Assembly (NCBI RefSeq): GCF_041886205.1
Contig: NZ_CP169029.1
Reading direction: 5' to 3' (one strand)
Length of the DNA: 64,000 nt
Origin: Escherichia coli
GTDB lineage: Bacteria > Pseudomonadota > Gammaproteobacteria > Enterobacterales > Enterobacteriaceae
Part shown: positions 11,848 through 29,443 of the stretch, one piece after another
Numbering within the stretch: the stretch's first letter is position 1
Layout: each line of letters begins with the position of its first letter
Made by a program: the position numbers and the translations under genes
The notes under the pieces: generated by a model
Told to the model about the DNA's origin: nothing
The model's database searches: none
Seen by the model: the letters and a program-made list of their open reading frames with translations, nothing else

Positions 11848-12357
11848 ATGTTTTTACATTCCCAAGACTTTGCCACAATTGTAAGGTCTACTCCTCTTAT
11901 TTCTATAGATTTGATTGTGGAAAACGAGTTTGGCGAAATTTTGCTAGGAAAACGAATCAACCGCCCGGCACAGGGCTATTGGTTCGTTCCTGGTGGTAGG
12001 GTGTTGAAAGATGAAAAATTGCAGACAGCCTTTGAACGATTGACAGAAATCGAACTAGGAATTCGTTTGCCTCTCTCTGTGGGTAAGTTTTATGGTATCT
12101 GGCAGCACTTCTACGAAGACAATAGTATGGGGGGAGACTTTTCAACGCATTATATAGTTATAGCATTCCTTCTTAAATTACAACCAAACATTTTGAAATT
12201 ACCGAAGTCACAACATAATGCTTATTGCTGGCTATCGCGAGCAAAGCTGATAAATGATGACGATGTGCATTATAATTGTCGCGCATATTTTAACAATAAA
12301 ACAAATGATGCGATTGGCTTAGATAATAAGGATATAATATGTCTGATGCGCCAATAA
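11848..12357 (+). CDS. gmm: GDP-mannose mannosyl hydrolase (Nudix)
   Basis: 169 aa; Nudix-like core ([29 protein letters not shown]); follows fcl as in GDP-sugar operons. Confidence 0.85.
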
Positions 12358-13787
12358 TTGCTGTAGTTATGGCCGGTGGTACAGGCAGTCGTCTTTGGCC
12401 ACTTTCTCGTGAACTATATCCAAAGCAGTTTTTACAACTCTCTGGTGATAACACCTTGTTACAAACGACTTTGCTACGACTTTCAGGCCTATCATGTCAA
12501 AAACCATTAGTGATAACAAATGAACAGCATCGCTTTGTTGTGGCTGAACAGTTAAGGGAAATAAATAAATTAAATGGTAATATTATTCTAGAACCATGCG
12601 GGCGAAATACTGCACCAGCAATAGCGATATCTGCGTTTCATGCGTTAAAACGTAATCCTCAGGAAGATCCATTGCTTCTAGTTCTTGCGGCAGACCACGT
12701 TATAGCTAAAGAAAGTGTTTTCTGTGATGCTATTAAAAATGCAACTCCCATCGCTAATCAAGGTAAAATTGTAACGTTTGGAATTATACCAGAATATGCT
12801 GAAACTGGTTATGGGTATATTGAGAGAGGTGAACTATCTGTACCGCTTCAAGGGCATGAAAATACTGGTTTTTATTATGTAAATAAGTTTGTTGAAAAGC
12901 CTAATCGTGAAACCGCAGAATTGTATGTGACTTCTGGTAATCACTATTGGAATAGTGGAATATTCATGTTTAAGGCATCTGTTTATCTTGAGGAATTGAG
13001 AAAATTTAGACCTGACATTTACAATGTTTGTGAACAGGTTGCCTCATCCTCATACATTGATCTAGATTTTATTCGATTATCAAAAGAACAATTTCAAGAT
13101 TGTCCTGCTGAATCTATTGATTTTGCTGTAATGGAAAAAACAGAAAAATGTGTTGTATGCCCTGTTGATATTGGTTGGAGTGACGTTGGATCTTGGCAAT
13201 CGTTATGGGACATTAGTCTAAAATCGAAAACAGGAGATGTATGTAAAGGTGATATATTAACCTATGATACTAAGAATAATTATATCTACTCTGAGTCAGC
13301 GTTGGTAGCCGCCATTGGAATTGAAGATATGGTTATCGTGCAAACTAAAGATGCCGTTCTTGTGTCTAAAAAGAGTGATGTACAGCATGTAAAAAAAATA
13401 GTCGAAATGCTTAAATTGCAGCAACGTACAGAGTATATTAGTCATCGTGAAGTTTTCCGACCATGGGGAAAATTTGATTCGATTGACCAAGGTGAGCGAT
13501 ACAAAGTCAAGAAAATTATTGTGAAACCTGGTGAGGGGCTTTCTTTAAGGATGCATCACCATCGTTCTGAACATTGGATCGTGCTTTCTGGTACAGCAAA
13601 AGTAACCCTTGGCGATAAAACTAAACTAGTCACCGCAAATGAATCGATATACATTCCCCTTGGCGCAGCGTATAGTCTTGAGAATCCGGGCATAATCCCT
13701 CTTAATCTTATTGAAGTCAGTTCAGGGGATTATTTGGGAGAGGATGATATTATAAGACAGAAAGAACGTTACAAACATGAAGATTAA
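12339..13787 (+). CDS. manC: mannose-1-phosphate guanylyltransferase / mannose-6-phosphate isomerase (bifunctional)
   Basis: 482 aa; N-terminal nucleotidyltransferase motif ([22 protein letters not shown]) and C-terminal cupin domain. Confidence 0.95.
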
Positions 13788-13790
13788 CAT

Positions 13791-15161
13791 ATGAAATCTT
13801 TAACCTGCTTTAAAGCCTATGATATTCGCGGGAAATTAGGCGAAGAACTGAATGAAGATATTGCCTGGCGCATTGGGCGTGCCTATGGCGAATTTCTCAA
13901 ACCGAAAACCATTGTTTTAGGCGGTGATGTCCGCCTCACCAGCGAAACCTTAAAACTGGCGCTGGCGAAAGGTTTACAGGATGCGGGCGTCGATGTGCTG
14001 GATATCGGTATGTCCGGCACCGAAGAGATCTATTTCGCCACGTTCCATCTCGGCGTGGATGGCGGCATTGAAGTTACCGCCAGCCATAATCCGATGGATT
14101 ATAACGGCATGAAACTGGTGCGCGAAGGGGCTCGCCCAATCAGCGGTGATACCGGACTGCGCGACGTCCAGCGTCTGGCAGAAGCCAACGACTTTCCTCC
14201 CGTCGATGAAACCAAACGCGGTCGCTATCAGCAAATCAACCTGCGTGACGCTTACGTTGATCACCTGTTCGGTTATATCAATGTCAAAAACCTCACGCCG
14301 CTCAAGCTGGTGATTAACTCCGGGAATGGCGCAGCGGGTCCGGTGGTGGACGCCATTGAAGCCCGCTTTAAAACCCTCGGCGCGCCCGTGGAATTGATCA
14401 AAGTGCACAACACGCCCGACGGCAATTTCCCCAACGGTATTCCTAATCCGCTGCTGCCTGAATGCCGCGACGACACCCGCAATGCGGTCATCAAACACGG
14501 CGCGGATATGGGCATTGCCTTTGATGGCGATTTTGACCGCTGTTTTCTGTTTGACGAAAAAGGGCAGTTTATCGAGGGCTACTACATTGTCGGCCTGCTG
14601 GCAGAAGCGTTCCTCGAAAAAAATCCCGGCGCGAAGATCATCCACGATCCGCGTCTCTCCTGGAACACCGTTGATGTGGTGACTGCCGCAGGCGGCACCC
14701 CGGTAATGTCGAAAACCGGACACGCCTTTATTAAAGAACGTATGCGCAAGGAAGACGCCATCTACGGTGGCGAAATGAGCGCCCACCATTACTTCCGTGA
14801 TTTCGCTTACTGCGACAGCGGCATGATCCCGTGGCTGCTGGTCGCCGAACTGGTGTGCCTGAAAGGAAAAACGCTGGGCGAACTGGTGCGCGACCGGATG
14901 GCTGCGTTTCCGGCAAGCGGTGAGATCAACAGCAAACTGGCGCAACCCGTTGAGGCGATTAATCGCGTCGAACAGCATTTTAGCCGTGAGGCGCTGGCGG
15001 TGGATCGTACCGATGGCATCAGCATGACCTTTGCCGACTGGCGCTTTAACCTGCGCTCTTCCAACACCGAACCGGTGGTGCGGTTGAATGTGGAATCACG
15101 CGGTGATGTAAAGCTAATGGAAAAGAAAACTAAAGCTCTTCTTAAATTGCTAAGTGAGTGA
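13791..15161 (+). CDS. manB: phosphomannomutase
   Basis: 456 aa; phosphohexomutase active-site motif ([13 protein letters not shown]); notably higher GC than neighbouring cluster genes. Confidence 0.95.
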   Translation: MKSLTCFKAYDIRGKLGEELNEDIAWRIGRAYGEFLKPKTIVLGGDVRLTSETLKLALAKGLQDAGVDVLDIGMSGTEEIYFATFHLGVDGGIEVTASHNPMDYNGMKLVREGARPISGDTGLRDVQRLAEANDFPPVDETKRGRYQQINLRDAYVDHLFGYINVKNLTPLKLVINSGNGAAGPVVDAIEARFKTLGAPVELIKVHNTPDGNFPNGIPNPLLPECRDDTRNAVIKHGADMGIAFDGDFDRCFLFDEKGQFIEGYYIVGLLAEAFLEKNPGAKIIHDPRLSWNTVDVVTAAGGTPVMSKTGHAFIKERMRKEDAIYGGEMSAHHYFRDFAYCDSGMIPWLLVAELVCLKGKTLGELVRDRMAAFPASGEINSKLAQPVEAINRVEQHFSREALAVDRTDGISMTFADWRFNLRSSNTEPVVRLNVESRGDVKLMEKKTKALLKLLSE

Positions 15162-15499
15162 TTATTTACATTAATCATTAAGCGTATTTAAGATTATATT
15201 AAAGTAATGTTATTGCGGTATATGATGAATATGTGGGCTTTTTTATGTATAACAACTATACCGCAACTTTATCTAGGAAAAGATTAATAGAAATAAAGTT
15301 TTGTACTGACCAATTTGCATTTCACGTCACGATTGAGACGTTCCTTTGCTTAAGACATTTTTTCATCGCTTATGTAATAACAAATGTGCCTTATATAAAA
15401 AGGAGAACAAAATGGAACTTAAAATAATTGAGACAATAGATTTTTATTATCCCTGTTTACGATATTATAGCCAAAGTTGTATCCTGCATCAGTCCTGCA

Positions 15500-16300
15500 A
15501 TATTTCACGAGTGCTTTGTTAACTGAATACATGTCTGCCATTTTCCAGATGATAACGACGTCATCACAATTGATGGTAAAACACTTCGGCACACTTATGA
15601 CAAGAGTCGTCGCAGAGGAGTGGTTCATGTCATTAGTGTGTTTCAGCAATGCACAGTCTGGTCCTCGGATAGATCAAGACGGATGAGAAACCTAATGCGT
15701 TCACAGTTATTCATGAACTTTCTAAAATGATGGGTATTAAAGGAAAAATAATCATAACTGATGCGATGGCTTGCCAGAAAGATATTGCAGAGAAGATATA
15801 AAAACAGAGATGTGATTATTTATTCGCTGTAAAAGGAAATAAGAGTCGGCTTAATAGAGTCTTTGAGGAGATATTTACGCTGAAAGAATTAAATAATCCA
15901 AAACATAACAGTTACGCAATTAGTGAAAAGAGGCACGGCAGAGACGATGTCCGTCTTCATATTGTTTGAGATGCTCCTGATGAGCTTATTGATTTCACGT
16001 TTGAATGGAAAGGGCTGCAGAATTTATGAATGGCAGTCCACTTTCTCTCAATAATAGCAGAGCAAAAGAAAGAATCCGAAATGACGATCAAATATTATAT
16101 TAGATCTGCTGCTTTAACCGCAGAGAAGTTCGCCACAGTAAATCGAAATCACTGGCGCATGGAGAATAAGTTGCACAGTAGCCTGATGTGGTAATGAATG
16201 AAATCGACTATAATATAAGAAGGCGAGTTGCATTCGAATGATTTTCTAGAATGCGGCACATCGCTACTAATATCTGACAATGATAATGTATTCAAGGCAG
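15500..16300 (+). pseudogene. decayed H-repeat/ISAs1-family transposase remnant (multiple stops and frameshifts)
   Basis: Translation shows ISAs1/H-repeat transposase blocks ([25 protein letters not shown] ... [12 protein letters not shown] ... YLFAVKGN ... [19 protein letters not shown] ... DELIDFTFEWKGL) broken over three frames; sits between manB and wbdR. Confidence 0.75.
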
Positions 16301-16423
16301 GATTATCATGTAAGATGCGAAAAGCAGTCATGGACAGAAACTTCCTAGCGTCAGGCATTGCAGCGTGCGGGCTTTCATAATCTTGCATTGGTTTTGATAA
16401 GATATTTCTTTGGAGATGGGAAA

Positions 16424-17089
16424 ATGAATTTGTATGGTATTTTTGGTGCTGGAAGTTATGGTAGAGAAACAATACCCATTCTAAATCAACAAATAAAGCA
16501 AGAATGTGGTTCTGACTATGCTCTGGTTTTTGTGGATGATGTTTTGGCAGGAAAGAAAGTTAATGGTTTTGAAGTGCTTTCAACCAACTGCTTTCTAAAA
16601 GCCCCTTATTTAAAAAAGTATTTTAATGTTGCTATTGCTAATGATAAGATACGACAGAGAGTGTCTGAGTCAATATTATTACACGGGGTTGAACCAATAA
16701 CTATAAAACATCCAAATAGCGTTGTTTATGATCATACTATGATAGGTAGTGGCGCTATTATTTCTCCCTTTGTTACAATATCTACTAATACTCATATAGG
16801 GAGGTTTTTTCATGCAAACATATACTCATACGTTGCACATGATTGTCAAATAGGAGACTATGTTACATTTGCTCCTGGGGCTAAATGTAATGGATATGTT
16901 GTTATTGAAGACAATGCATATATAGGCTCGGGTGCAGTAATTAAGCAGGGTGTTCCTAATCGCCCACTTATTATTGGCGCGGGAGCCATTATAGGTATGG
17001 GGGCTGTTGTCACTAAAAGTGTTCCTGCCGGTATAACTGTGTGCGGAAATCCAGCAAGAGAAATGAAAAGATCGCCAACATCTATTTAA
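16424..17089 (+). CDS. wbdR: perosamine N-acetyltransferase (left-handed beta-helix/hexapeptide acyltransferase)
   Basis: 221 aa from MNLYGIFGAGSYGRE; hexapeptide-repeat C-terminus (IGSGAVIKQGV ... IGAGAIIGMGAVV); last gene of the O157 cluster. Confidence 0.8.
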   Translation: MNLYGIFGAGSYGRETIPILNQQIKQECGSDYALVFVDDVLAGKKVNGFEVLSTNCFLKAPYLKKYFNVAIANDKIRQRVSESILLHGVEPITIKHPNSVVYDHTMIGSGAIISPFVTISTNTHIGRFFHANIYSYVAHDCQIGDYVTFAPGAKCNGYVVIEDNAYIGSGAVIKQGVPNRPLIIGAGAIIGMGAVVTKSVPAGITVCGNPAREMKRSPTSI

Positions 17090-17289
17090 AGGGAATGCGG
17101 AAACACGTTCCAAATGGGACTAATGTTTAAAATATATATAATTTCGCTAATTTACTAAATTATGGCTTCTTTTTAAGCTATCCTTTACTTAGTTATTACT
17201 GATACAGCATGAAATTTATAATACTCTGATACATTTTTATACGTTATTCAAGCCGCATATCTAGCGGTAACCCCTGACAGGAGTAAACA

Positions 17290-18696
17290 ATGTCAAAGCA
17301 ACAGATCGGCGTAGTCGGTATGGCAGTGATGGGGCGCAACCTAGCGCTCAACATCGAAAGCCGTGGTTATACCGTCTCTATTTTCAACCGCTCCCGTGAG
17401 AAGACGGAAGAAGTGATTGCCGAAAATCCAGGCAAGAAACTGGTTCCTTACTATACGGTGAAAGAGTTTGTTGAATCTCTGGAAACGCCTCGTCGCATCC
17501 TGTTAATGGTGAAAGCAGGTGCAGGCACGGATGCTGCTATTGATTCCCTCAAGCCGTACCTCGATAAAGGTGACATCATCATTGATGGTGGTAACACCTT
17601 CTTCCAGGACACCATTCGTCGTAACCGTGAGCTTTCTGCCGAAGGCTTTAACTTCATCGGTACCGGTGTTTCCGGCGGAGAAGAAGGCGCGCTGAAAGGT
17701 CCTTCCATTATGCCTGGTGGGCAGAAAGAAGCCTATGAACTGGTTGCGCCGATCCTGACCAAAATCGCCGCAGTGGCTGAAGACGGTGAGCCATGCGTTA
17801 CCTATATTGGTGCCGATGGCGCAGGTCACTATGTGAAGATGGTTCACAACGGTATTGAATACGGAGATATGCAACTGATTGCTGAAGCCTATTCTCTGCT
17901 TAAAGGTGGCCTGAACCTCACCAACGAAGAACTGGCGCAGACGTTTACCGAGTGGAATAACGGTGAACTGAGCAGCTACCTGATCGACATCACCAAAGAT
18001 ATCTTCACCAAAAAAGATGAAGACGGTAACTACCTGGTTGATGTGATCCTGGATGAAGCGGCTAACAAAGGTACCGGTAAATGGACCAGCCAGAGCGCAC
18101 TGGATCTCGGCGAACCGCTGTCGCTGATTACCGAGTCTGTGTTTGCACGTTATATCTCTTCTCTGAAAGATCAGCGTGTTGCCGCATCTAAAGTTCTCTC
18201 TGGCCCGCAAGCACAGCCAGCAGGCGACAAGGCTGAGTTCATCGAAAAAGTTCGCCGTGCGCTGTATCTGGGCAAAATCGTTTCTTACGCCCAGGGCTTC
18301 TCTCAGCTGCGTGCTGCGTCTGAAGAGTACAACTGGGATCTGAACTACGGCGAAATCGCGAAGATTTTCCGTGCTGGCTGCATCATTCGTGCGCAGTTCC
18401 TGCAGAAAATTACCGATGCTTATGCCGAAAATCCGCAGATCGCTAACCTGCTGCTGGCTCCGTACTTCAAGCAAATTGCCGATGATTACCAGCAGGCGCT
18501 GCGTGATGTCGTTGCTTATGCGGTACAGAACGGTATCCCGGTTCCGACCTTCGCCGCTGCGGTTGCCTATTACGATAGCTACCGTGCCGCTGTTCTGCCT
18601 GCGAACCTGATCCAGGCACAGCGTGACTATTTCGGTGCACATACTTATAAGCGCATTGATAAAGAAGGTGTGTTCCATACTGAATGGCTGGATTAA
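17290..18696 (+). CDS. gnd: 6-phosphogluconate dehydrogenase (decarboxylating)
   Basis: 468 aa; canonical N-terminus [30 protein letters not shown]. Confidence 0.98.
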   Translation: MSKQQIGVVGMAVMGRNLALNIESRGYTVSIFNRSREKTEEVIAENPGKKLVPYYTVKEFVESLETPRRILLMVKAGAGTDAAIDSLKPYLDKGDIIIDGGNTFFQDTIRRNRELSAEGFNFIGTGVSGGEEGALKGPSIMPGGQKEAYELVAPILTKIAAVAEDGEPCVTYIGADGAGHYVKMVHNGIEYGDMQLIAEAYSLLKGGLNLTNEELAQTFTEWNNGELSSYLIDITKDIFTKKDEDGNYLVDVILDEAANKGTGKWTSQSALDLGEPLSLITESVFARYISSLKDQRVAASKVLSGPQAQPAGDKAEFIEKVRRALYLGKIVSYAQGFSQLRAASEEYNWDLNYGEIAKIFRAGCIIRAQFLQKITDAYAENPQIANLLLAPYFKQIADDYQQALRDVVAYAVQNGIPVPTFAAAVAYYDSYRAAVLPANLIQAQRDYFGAHTYKRIDKEGVFHTEWLD

Positions 18697-18723
18697 TCTG
18701 ATTTAACCAACAGTAAAATTGAG

Positions 18724-18754
18724 GCCCGGCGTATATTGCACCGGGCTTTTTTTT
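18724..18754 (+). terminator. rho-independent terminator after gnd
   Basis: GC hairpin gcccgg...ccgggc followed by a run of 8 T. Confidence 0.6.
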
Positions 18755-18935
18755 GCCATTTATCTTATAGACTAAATTTCACTGCTTAATATTAACTTAA
18801 TAAATATCAGCTATTCTTATAAAGAAAATCTGAATTGTTTTTCGTAGCGTTGACCAGCTAATAACGTAGCGTTAAAACATTTAGCTCTTATCAGGATGCT
18901 AAAAACATCATGATTCACAGTTAAGTTAATTCTGA

Positions 18936-20111
<1,176 letters not shown>

Positions 20112-20257
20112 CATCTTGTTATCAGGGCGATTTTCGCCCTGATTGTCTGATGTTCCCTTTGTAATAATTCATTATTTTTATCATTTATCCTATAGCATTC
20201 ATGGCGATTATCGCTAAACTATGGCGACTTAAAATTATTTCGTCCGTTAGGGTAATG

Positions 20258-21235
20258 ATGAGAGTAGAAAATAATAATGTTTCTGGGCAAAACCATGACC
20301 CGGAACAGATTGATTTGATTGATTTACTGGTGCAGTTGTGGCGTGGCAAGATGACAATTATCATCTCTGTCATTGTGGCTATTGCCCTGGCTATAGGGTA
20401 TCTGGCCGTTGCCAAAGAAAAGTGGACTTCCACAGCTATCGTTACTCAACCTGATGTGGGGCAAATCGCTGGTTATAACAATGCCATAAATGTGATTTAT
20501 GGTTCGGCAGCGCCGAAAGTGTCTGAGATCCAGTCGATGTTAATTGGTCGTTTCAGCACGACATTTTCTGCATTAGCGGAAACGCTGGATAATCAGGAAG
20601 AACCTGAAAAACTGACCATTGAGCCTACCGTTAAAAATCAGTCCTTACCTTTAGCGGTTTCTTATGTTGGTGAAACAGCTGAAGGTGCGCAGAAACAGCT
20701 GGCGAAGTATATCCAGCAAGTTGACGACCAGGTAAATGAAGAACTGGAACAAGACCTGAAAGACAACATCGCGCTGCAAATGAAAAACTTGCAGGATTCT
20801 CTGAAGACGCAGGAAGTGGTTGCGCAGGAGCAGAAAGATCTGCGTATCCGTCAGATTCAGGAAGCGTTGCAGTATGCGAATCAGGCGCAGGTGACAAAGC
20901 CGCAGATTCAGCAGACACAGGACGTAACCCAGGATACTATGTTCCTTTTGGGGAGCGAAGCGCTGGAGTCGATGATTAAGCACGAGGCGACTCGTCCGTT
21001 GGTGTTCTCATCAAACTACTATCAGACTCGTCAAAACCTGCTGGATATCGACAATCTTGACGTTGATAAACTTGATATTCATGCTTACCGCTATGTAATG
21101 AAACCGACGTTACCTATTCGTCGCGATAGCCCGAAAAAGGCAATTACCTTGATTCTGGCGGTGCTGCTGGGCGGCATGGTTGGCGCGGGGATTGTGTTGG
21201 GGCGTAACGCTCTGCGTAATTACAACGCGAAGTAA
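20258..21235 (+). CDS. wzzB: O-antigen chain-length determinant (polysaccharide co-polymerase) Wzz
   Basis: About 325 aa from MRVENNNVSGQNHDPEQIDLIDLL; two TM segments flanking a coiled-coil periplasmic domain; C-terminal GGMVGAGIVLGRNALRNY. Confidence 0.95.
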   Translation: MRVENNNVSGQNHDPEQIDLIDLLVQLWRGKMTIIISVIVAIALAIGYLAVAKEKWTSTAIVTQPDVGQIAGYNNAINVIYGSAAPKVSEIQSMLIGRFSTTFSALAETLDNQEEPEKLTIEPTVKNQSLPLAVSYVGETAEGAQKQLAKYIQQVDDQVNEELEQDLKDNIALQMKNLQDSLKTQEVVAQEQKDLRIRQIQEALQYANQAQVTKPQIQQTQDVTQDTMFLLGSEALESMIKHEATRPLVFSSNYYQTRQNLLDIDNLDVDKLDIHAYRYVMKPTLPIRRDSPKKAITLILAVLLGGMVGAGIVLGRNALRNYNAK

Positions 21236-21253
21236 TCTTTGCAGCTTTAAAGA

Positions 21254-21290
21254 AAACGGGCAGGGTGGTGACACCTTGCCCGTTTTTTTT
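21254..21290 (+). terminator. rho-independent terminator after wzz
   Basis: Hairpin aacgggcagggtg...caccttgcccgtt followed by a run of 8 T; a second hairpin (ggatgcga...tcgcatcc) follows at about 21293-21318. Confidence 0.6.
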
Positions 21291-21331
21291 GCCGGATGCG
21301 ACAACAACATCGCATCCGCTTACCCCGCAAC

Positions 21332-21943
21332 TCACTGATGCCGTTTGCGCAGGTTCTCAATCACCGTCGTTAAGTCCAGATCCTGATCCTGCAACAATAC
21401 CAGCAGGTGATACATCAAATCAGATGCCTCGTTGGTCAGCTCAAAGCGGTCATGTACCGTTGCTGCCAGTGCGGTTTCCACGCCTTCTTCGCCCACTTTT
21501 TGCGCAATGCGTTTGGTGCCGCTGGCATACAGTTTGGCAGTGTAAGAGGTTTCCGGGTCGGCAGATTTGCGTTCGGCGAGCAATTGTTCCAGTTGATACA
21601 GGAACAGCCATTGGTGAGCGGTGTCGCCGAAGCAGCTGCTGGTGCCTTTGTGGCAGGTCGGACCGATGGGATTAGCCAGCACTAATAAAGTGTCGTTGTC
21701 GCAGTCCGGTGCAATACTCACCACATTGAGGAAATTGCCCGACGTTTCGCCTTTGGTCCACAGTCGCTGTTTAGTGCGCGAGAAGAAGGTGACTTTGCCG
21801 CTTTCGATGGTTTTGTCTAAGGCTTCCGGGTTCATATAGCCCAGCATTAACACTTCGCCGGATACCGCGTGTTGCACAATCACCGGCATCAGTCCGTCGG
21901 TTTTTTCCCAGTCCAGTTCGCGACGTTGTTGTTCTGTTAACAT
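21332..21943 (-). CDS. hisI: bifunctional phosphoribosyl-AMP cyclohydrolase / phosphoribosyl-ATP pyrophosphatase
   Basis: 203 aa; [38 protein letters not shown], canonical HisIE. Confidence 0.97.
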
Positions 21944-22278
21944 ATCCTGATCTCCACGCCCTGTGTTGCCAGGTACGCTTTTAATTCACCAATATTGATT
22001 ATTTGTTTGTGGAATACGGAAGCTGCCAGCGCGCCGTCAACGTCGGCATCACGGAAGGCTTCGAGGAAGTGTTCCATGGTGCCCGCGCCACCGGAGGCAA
22101 TTAGCGGGACGTGGCAAACTTCACGCACTTTTTTCAGTTGTTCGAGGTCGTAACCGTTACGCACGCCGTCCTGATTCATCATGTTGAGGACGATTTCTCC
22201 GGCACCGCGTTTTTGCACTTCCTGTACCCAGTCGAGCGTTTCCCACTGAGTGACGCGGGTGCGGCTTTCATCGCCCAC
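21937..22278 (-). pseudogene. hisF: hisF, 3' portion only (C-terminal about 113 codons); 5' part replaced by foreign DNA
   Basis: Translation matches the HisF C-terminus ([38 protein letters not shown] ... [17 protein letters not shown]); an in-frame stop lies just upstream of the homology and no HisF N-terminal sequence is present. Confidence 0.85.
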
Positions 22279-22279
22279 A

Positions 22280-27475
<5,196 letters not shown>

Positions 27476-27480
27476 GGCGA

Positions 27481-28380
27481 TCACTCCATCATCTTCTCAA
27501 TCGGCAGGACCAGGATTGAACTGGCACCCAGCGCTTTCAGTTTTTCCATGGTTTCCCAGAACAGGGTTTCGCTGCTGACCATGTGCATCGCTACGCGTTG
27601 TTGGTCACCCGCCAGCGGCAGAATAGTTGGGCGTTCGGCACCTGGCAGCAGGGCGATGACTTCATCCAGACGTTCGGTCGGTGCGTGCATCATGATGTAT
27701 TTTGATTCGCGCGCCTGGATCACACCCTGAATACGGGTCAGCAGTTTGTCGATCAGTTGCTGTTTGGATTCTTCCATTTCGCCATCGCGTTGTATCAGGC
27801 AGGCTTTCGAGCGATAGATAACTTCGACTTCGCGCAGGCCGTTAGCTTCCAGCGTGGCACCGGTGGAAACCAGATCGCAAATCGCATCCGCCAGTCCGGC
27901 ACGCGGGGCGACTTCAACAGAACCGTTCAGTAAGCAGGATTTAAAAGAGATACCTTTCTGGTCGAGATAACGCTTGAGCAGGTGAGGATAAGAGGTGGCG
28001 ATACGTTTACCGTTTAAGGAGAGCGGGCCATCCCAGGCTTCATCAACCGGCGTTGCCAGTGAAAGTCGGCAGCCGCCGAAATCCAGACGACGCAGGGTAA
28101 AGTAGCGTGGATCTTCACCCTGGGCGCGGCGGTTAAGCAGCTCTTCTTCCAGCACGTTTTCGCCGATAATCCCGAGGTCAACCACGCCGTCCATTACCAG
28201 ACCGGGAATGTCGTCGTCACGCACGCGCAGAATATCAATCGGCATGTTTTCTGCCATCGCGATCAGGCGCTGGGTGTGAAGATTGATTTTAATGCCACAG
28301 CGCGCCAGCAATTCGCGTGAGTCATCACTTAAACGGCCGGATTTCTGCATAGCTATGCGTAAACGAGTGTTGTCTGTCAT
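27481..28380 (-). CDS. hisG: ATP phosphoribosyltransferase
   Basis: 299 aa from [34 protein letters not shown]; canonical HisG. Confidence 0.97.
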
Positions 28381-28428
28381 TTTCTTATTCCTCTTTAAAC
28401 CTGTCTGAACCGTTATCAACCGCGCAAT

Positions 28429-28462
28429 AAAAAAGCCCCCGGAAGGTGATCTTCCGGGGGCT
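28429..28462 (-). terminator. his operon attenuator (rho-independent terminator between hisL and hisG)
   Basis: On the minus strand a GC-rich hairpin (agcccccggaag ... cttccgggggct) is followed by a U run, directly downstream of the His-rich leader ORF. Confidence 0.85.
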
Positions 28463-28525
28463 TTCTCATGCGTTCATGCACCACTGGAAGATCTGAATGT
28501 CTTCCAGCACACATCGCCTGAAAGA

Positions 28526-28576
28526 CTAGTCAGGATGATGGTGATGATGGTGGTGTTTAAATTGAACGCGTGTCAT
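28526..28576 (-). CDS. hisL: his operon leader peptide (MTRVQFKHHHHHHHPD)
   Basis: Minus-strand reading gives atgacacgcgttcaatttaaacaccaccatcatcaccatcatcctgactag, seven consecutive His codons. Confidence 0.95.
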   Translation of the reverse strand: MTRVQFKHHHHHHHPD

Positions 28577-28858
28577 AAAAGTCTCTGTGAATGTTTATTC
28601 AACTGATGTCTTTTAACCTAAACCACTTTCACGTTAGAAAGCAAGGGCTTTTTTATATATTTTATGGCGATGGATTTGTTTAATGAATGAGCGGGGAAAG
28701 GAGGGGGCTAAGAGGACTGTCCTCTAAGCTGACGGCACCAAAAATAGCGAAGCCTGGATTTTCGTCTCACTGACAATACCTTGATCTACAAACTAATTAA
28801 TAAATAGTTAATTAACGCCCATCATTGTACAATGAACTGTACAAAAGAGGAGATTGAC

Positions 28859-29110
28859 ATGCGTACAATTAGCTACAGCGAAGCGCGTCAGAATTTGTCG
28901 GCAACAATGATGAAAGCCGTTGAAGATCATGCCCCGATCCTTATTACTCGTCAGAATGGAGAGGCTTGTGTTCTGATGTCACTCGAAGAATACAACTCCC
29001 TGGAGGAGACGGCTTATCTACTGCGTTCCCCCGCTAACGCCCGGAGATTGATGGACTCAATCGATAGCCTGAAATCTGGCAAAGGAACGGAAAAGGACAT
29101 CATTGAGTGA
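28859..29110 (+). CDS. yefM: antitoxin YefM (type II toxin-antitoxin)
   Basis: 83 aa from [41 protein letters not shown]; overlaps the downstream toxin gene by 4 nt. Confidence 0.95.
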
Positions 29111-29361
29111 AACTAATCTGGTCTGAGGAATCATGGGACGATTATCTGTACTGGCAGGAAACAGATAAGCGAATTGTTAAAAAGATCAATGAACTTATCA
29201 AAGATACCCGCAGAACGCCATTTGAAGGTAAGGGGAAGCCAGAACCCCTGAAACATAATTTGTCAGGTTTCTGGTCCCGACGCATTACAGAGGAGCACCG
29301 TCTGGTATACGCGGTTACCGACGATTCACTGCTCATTGCAGCATGTCGTTATCATTATTGA
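29107..29361 (+). CDS. yoeB: toxin YoeB (ribosome-dependent mRNA interferase)
   Basis: 84 aa; [50 protein letters not shown]. Confidence 0.95.
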
Positions 29362-29443
29362 ACAGATTCATTCATAGAATGAATTGTCAGTTTTGATACG
29401 CTAGCGTAGCCTTATAGATCTAAGGTGTATCAGGAGATAACGG

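Noticed and set aside
13974-14978. 334-codon ORF on the minus strand
   Set aside because: Antisense to manB; a consequence of the high GC content of manB rather than a gene.
17503-18678. 391-codon ORF on the minus strand
   Set aside because: Lies entirely antisense within gnd, whose product is unambiguous; translation is low-complexity (R/Q/N-rich) with no recognisable motifs. Typical shadow ORF.
20121-20142. Palindrome atcagggcga tttt cgccctgat after ugd as a rho-independent terminator
   Set aside because: Perfect hairpin but not followed by a clear T run; may be a REP-like structure or weak terminator, so not listed as a feature.
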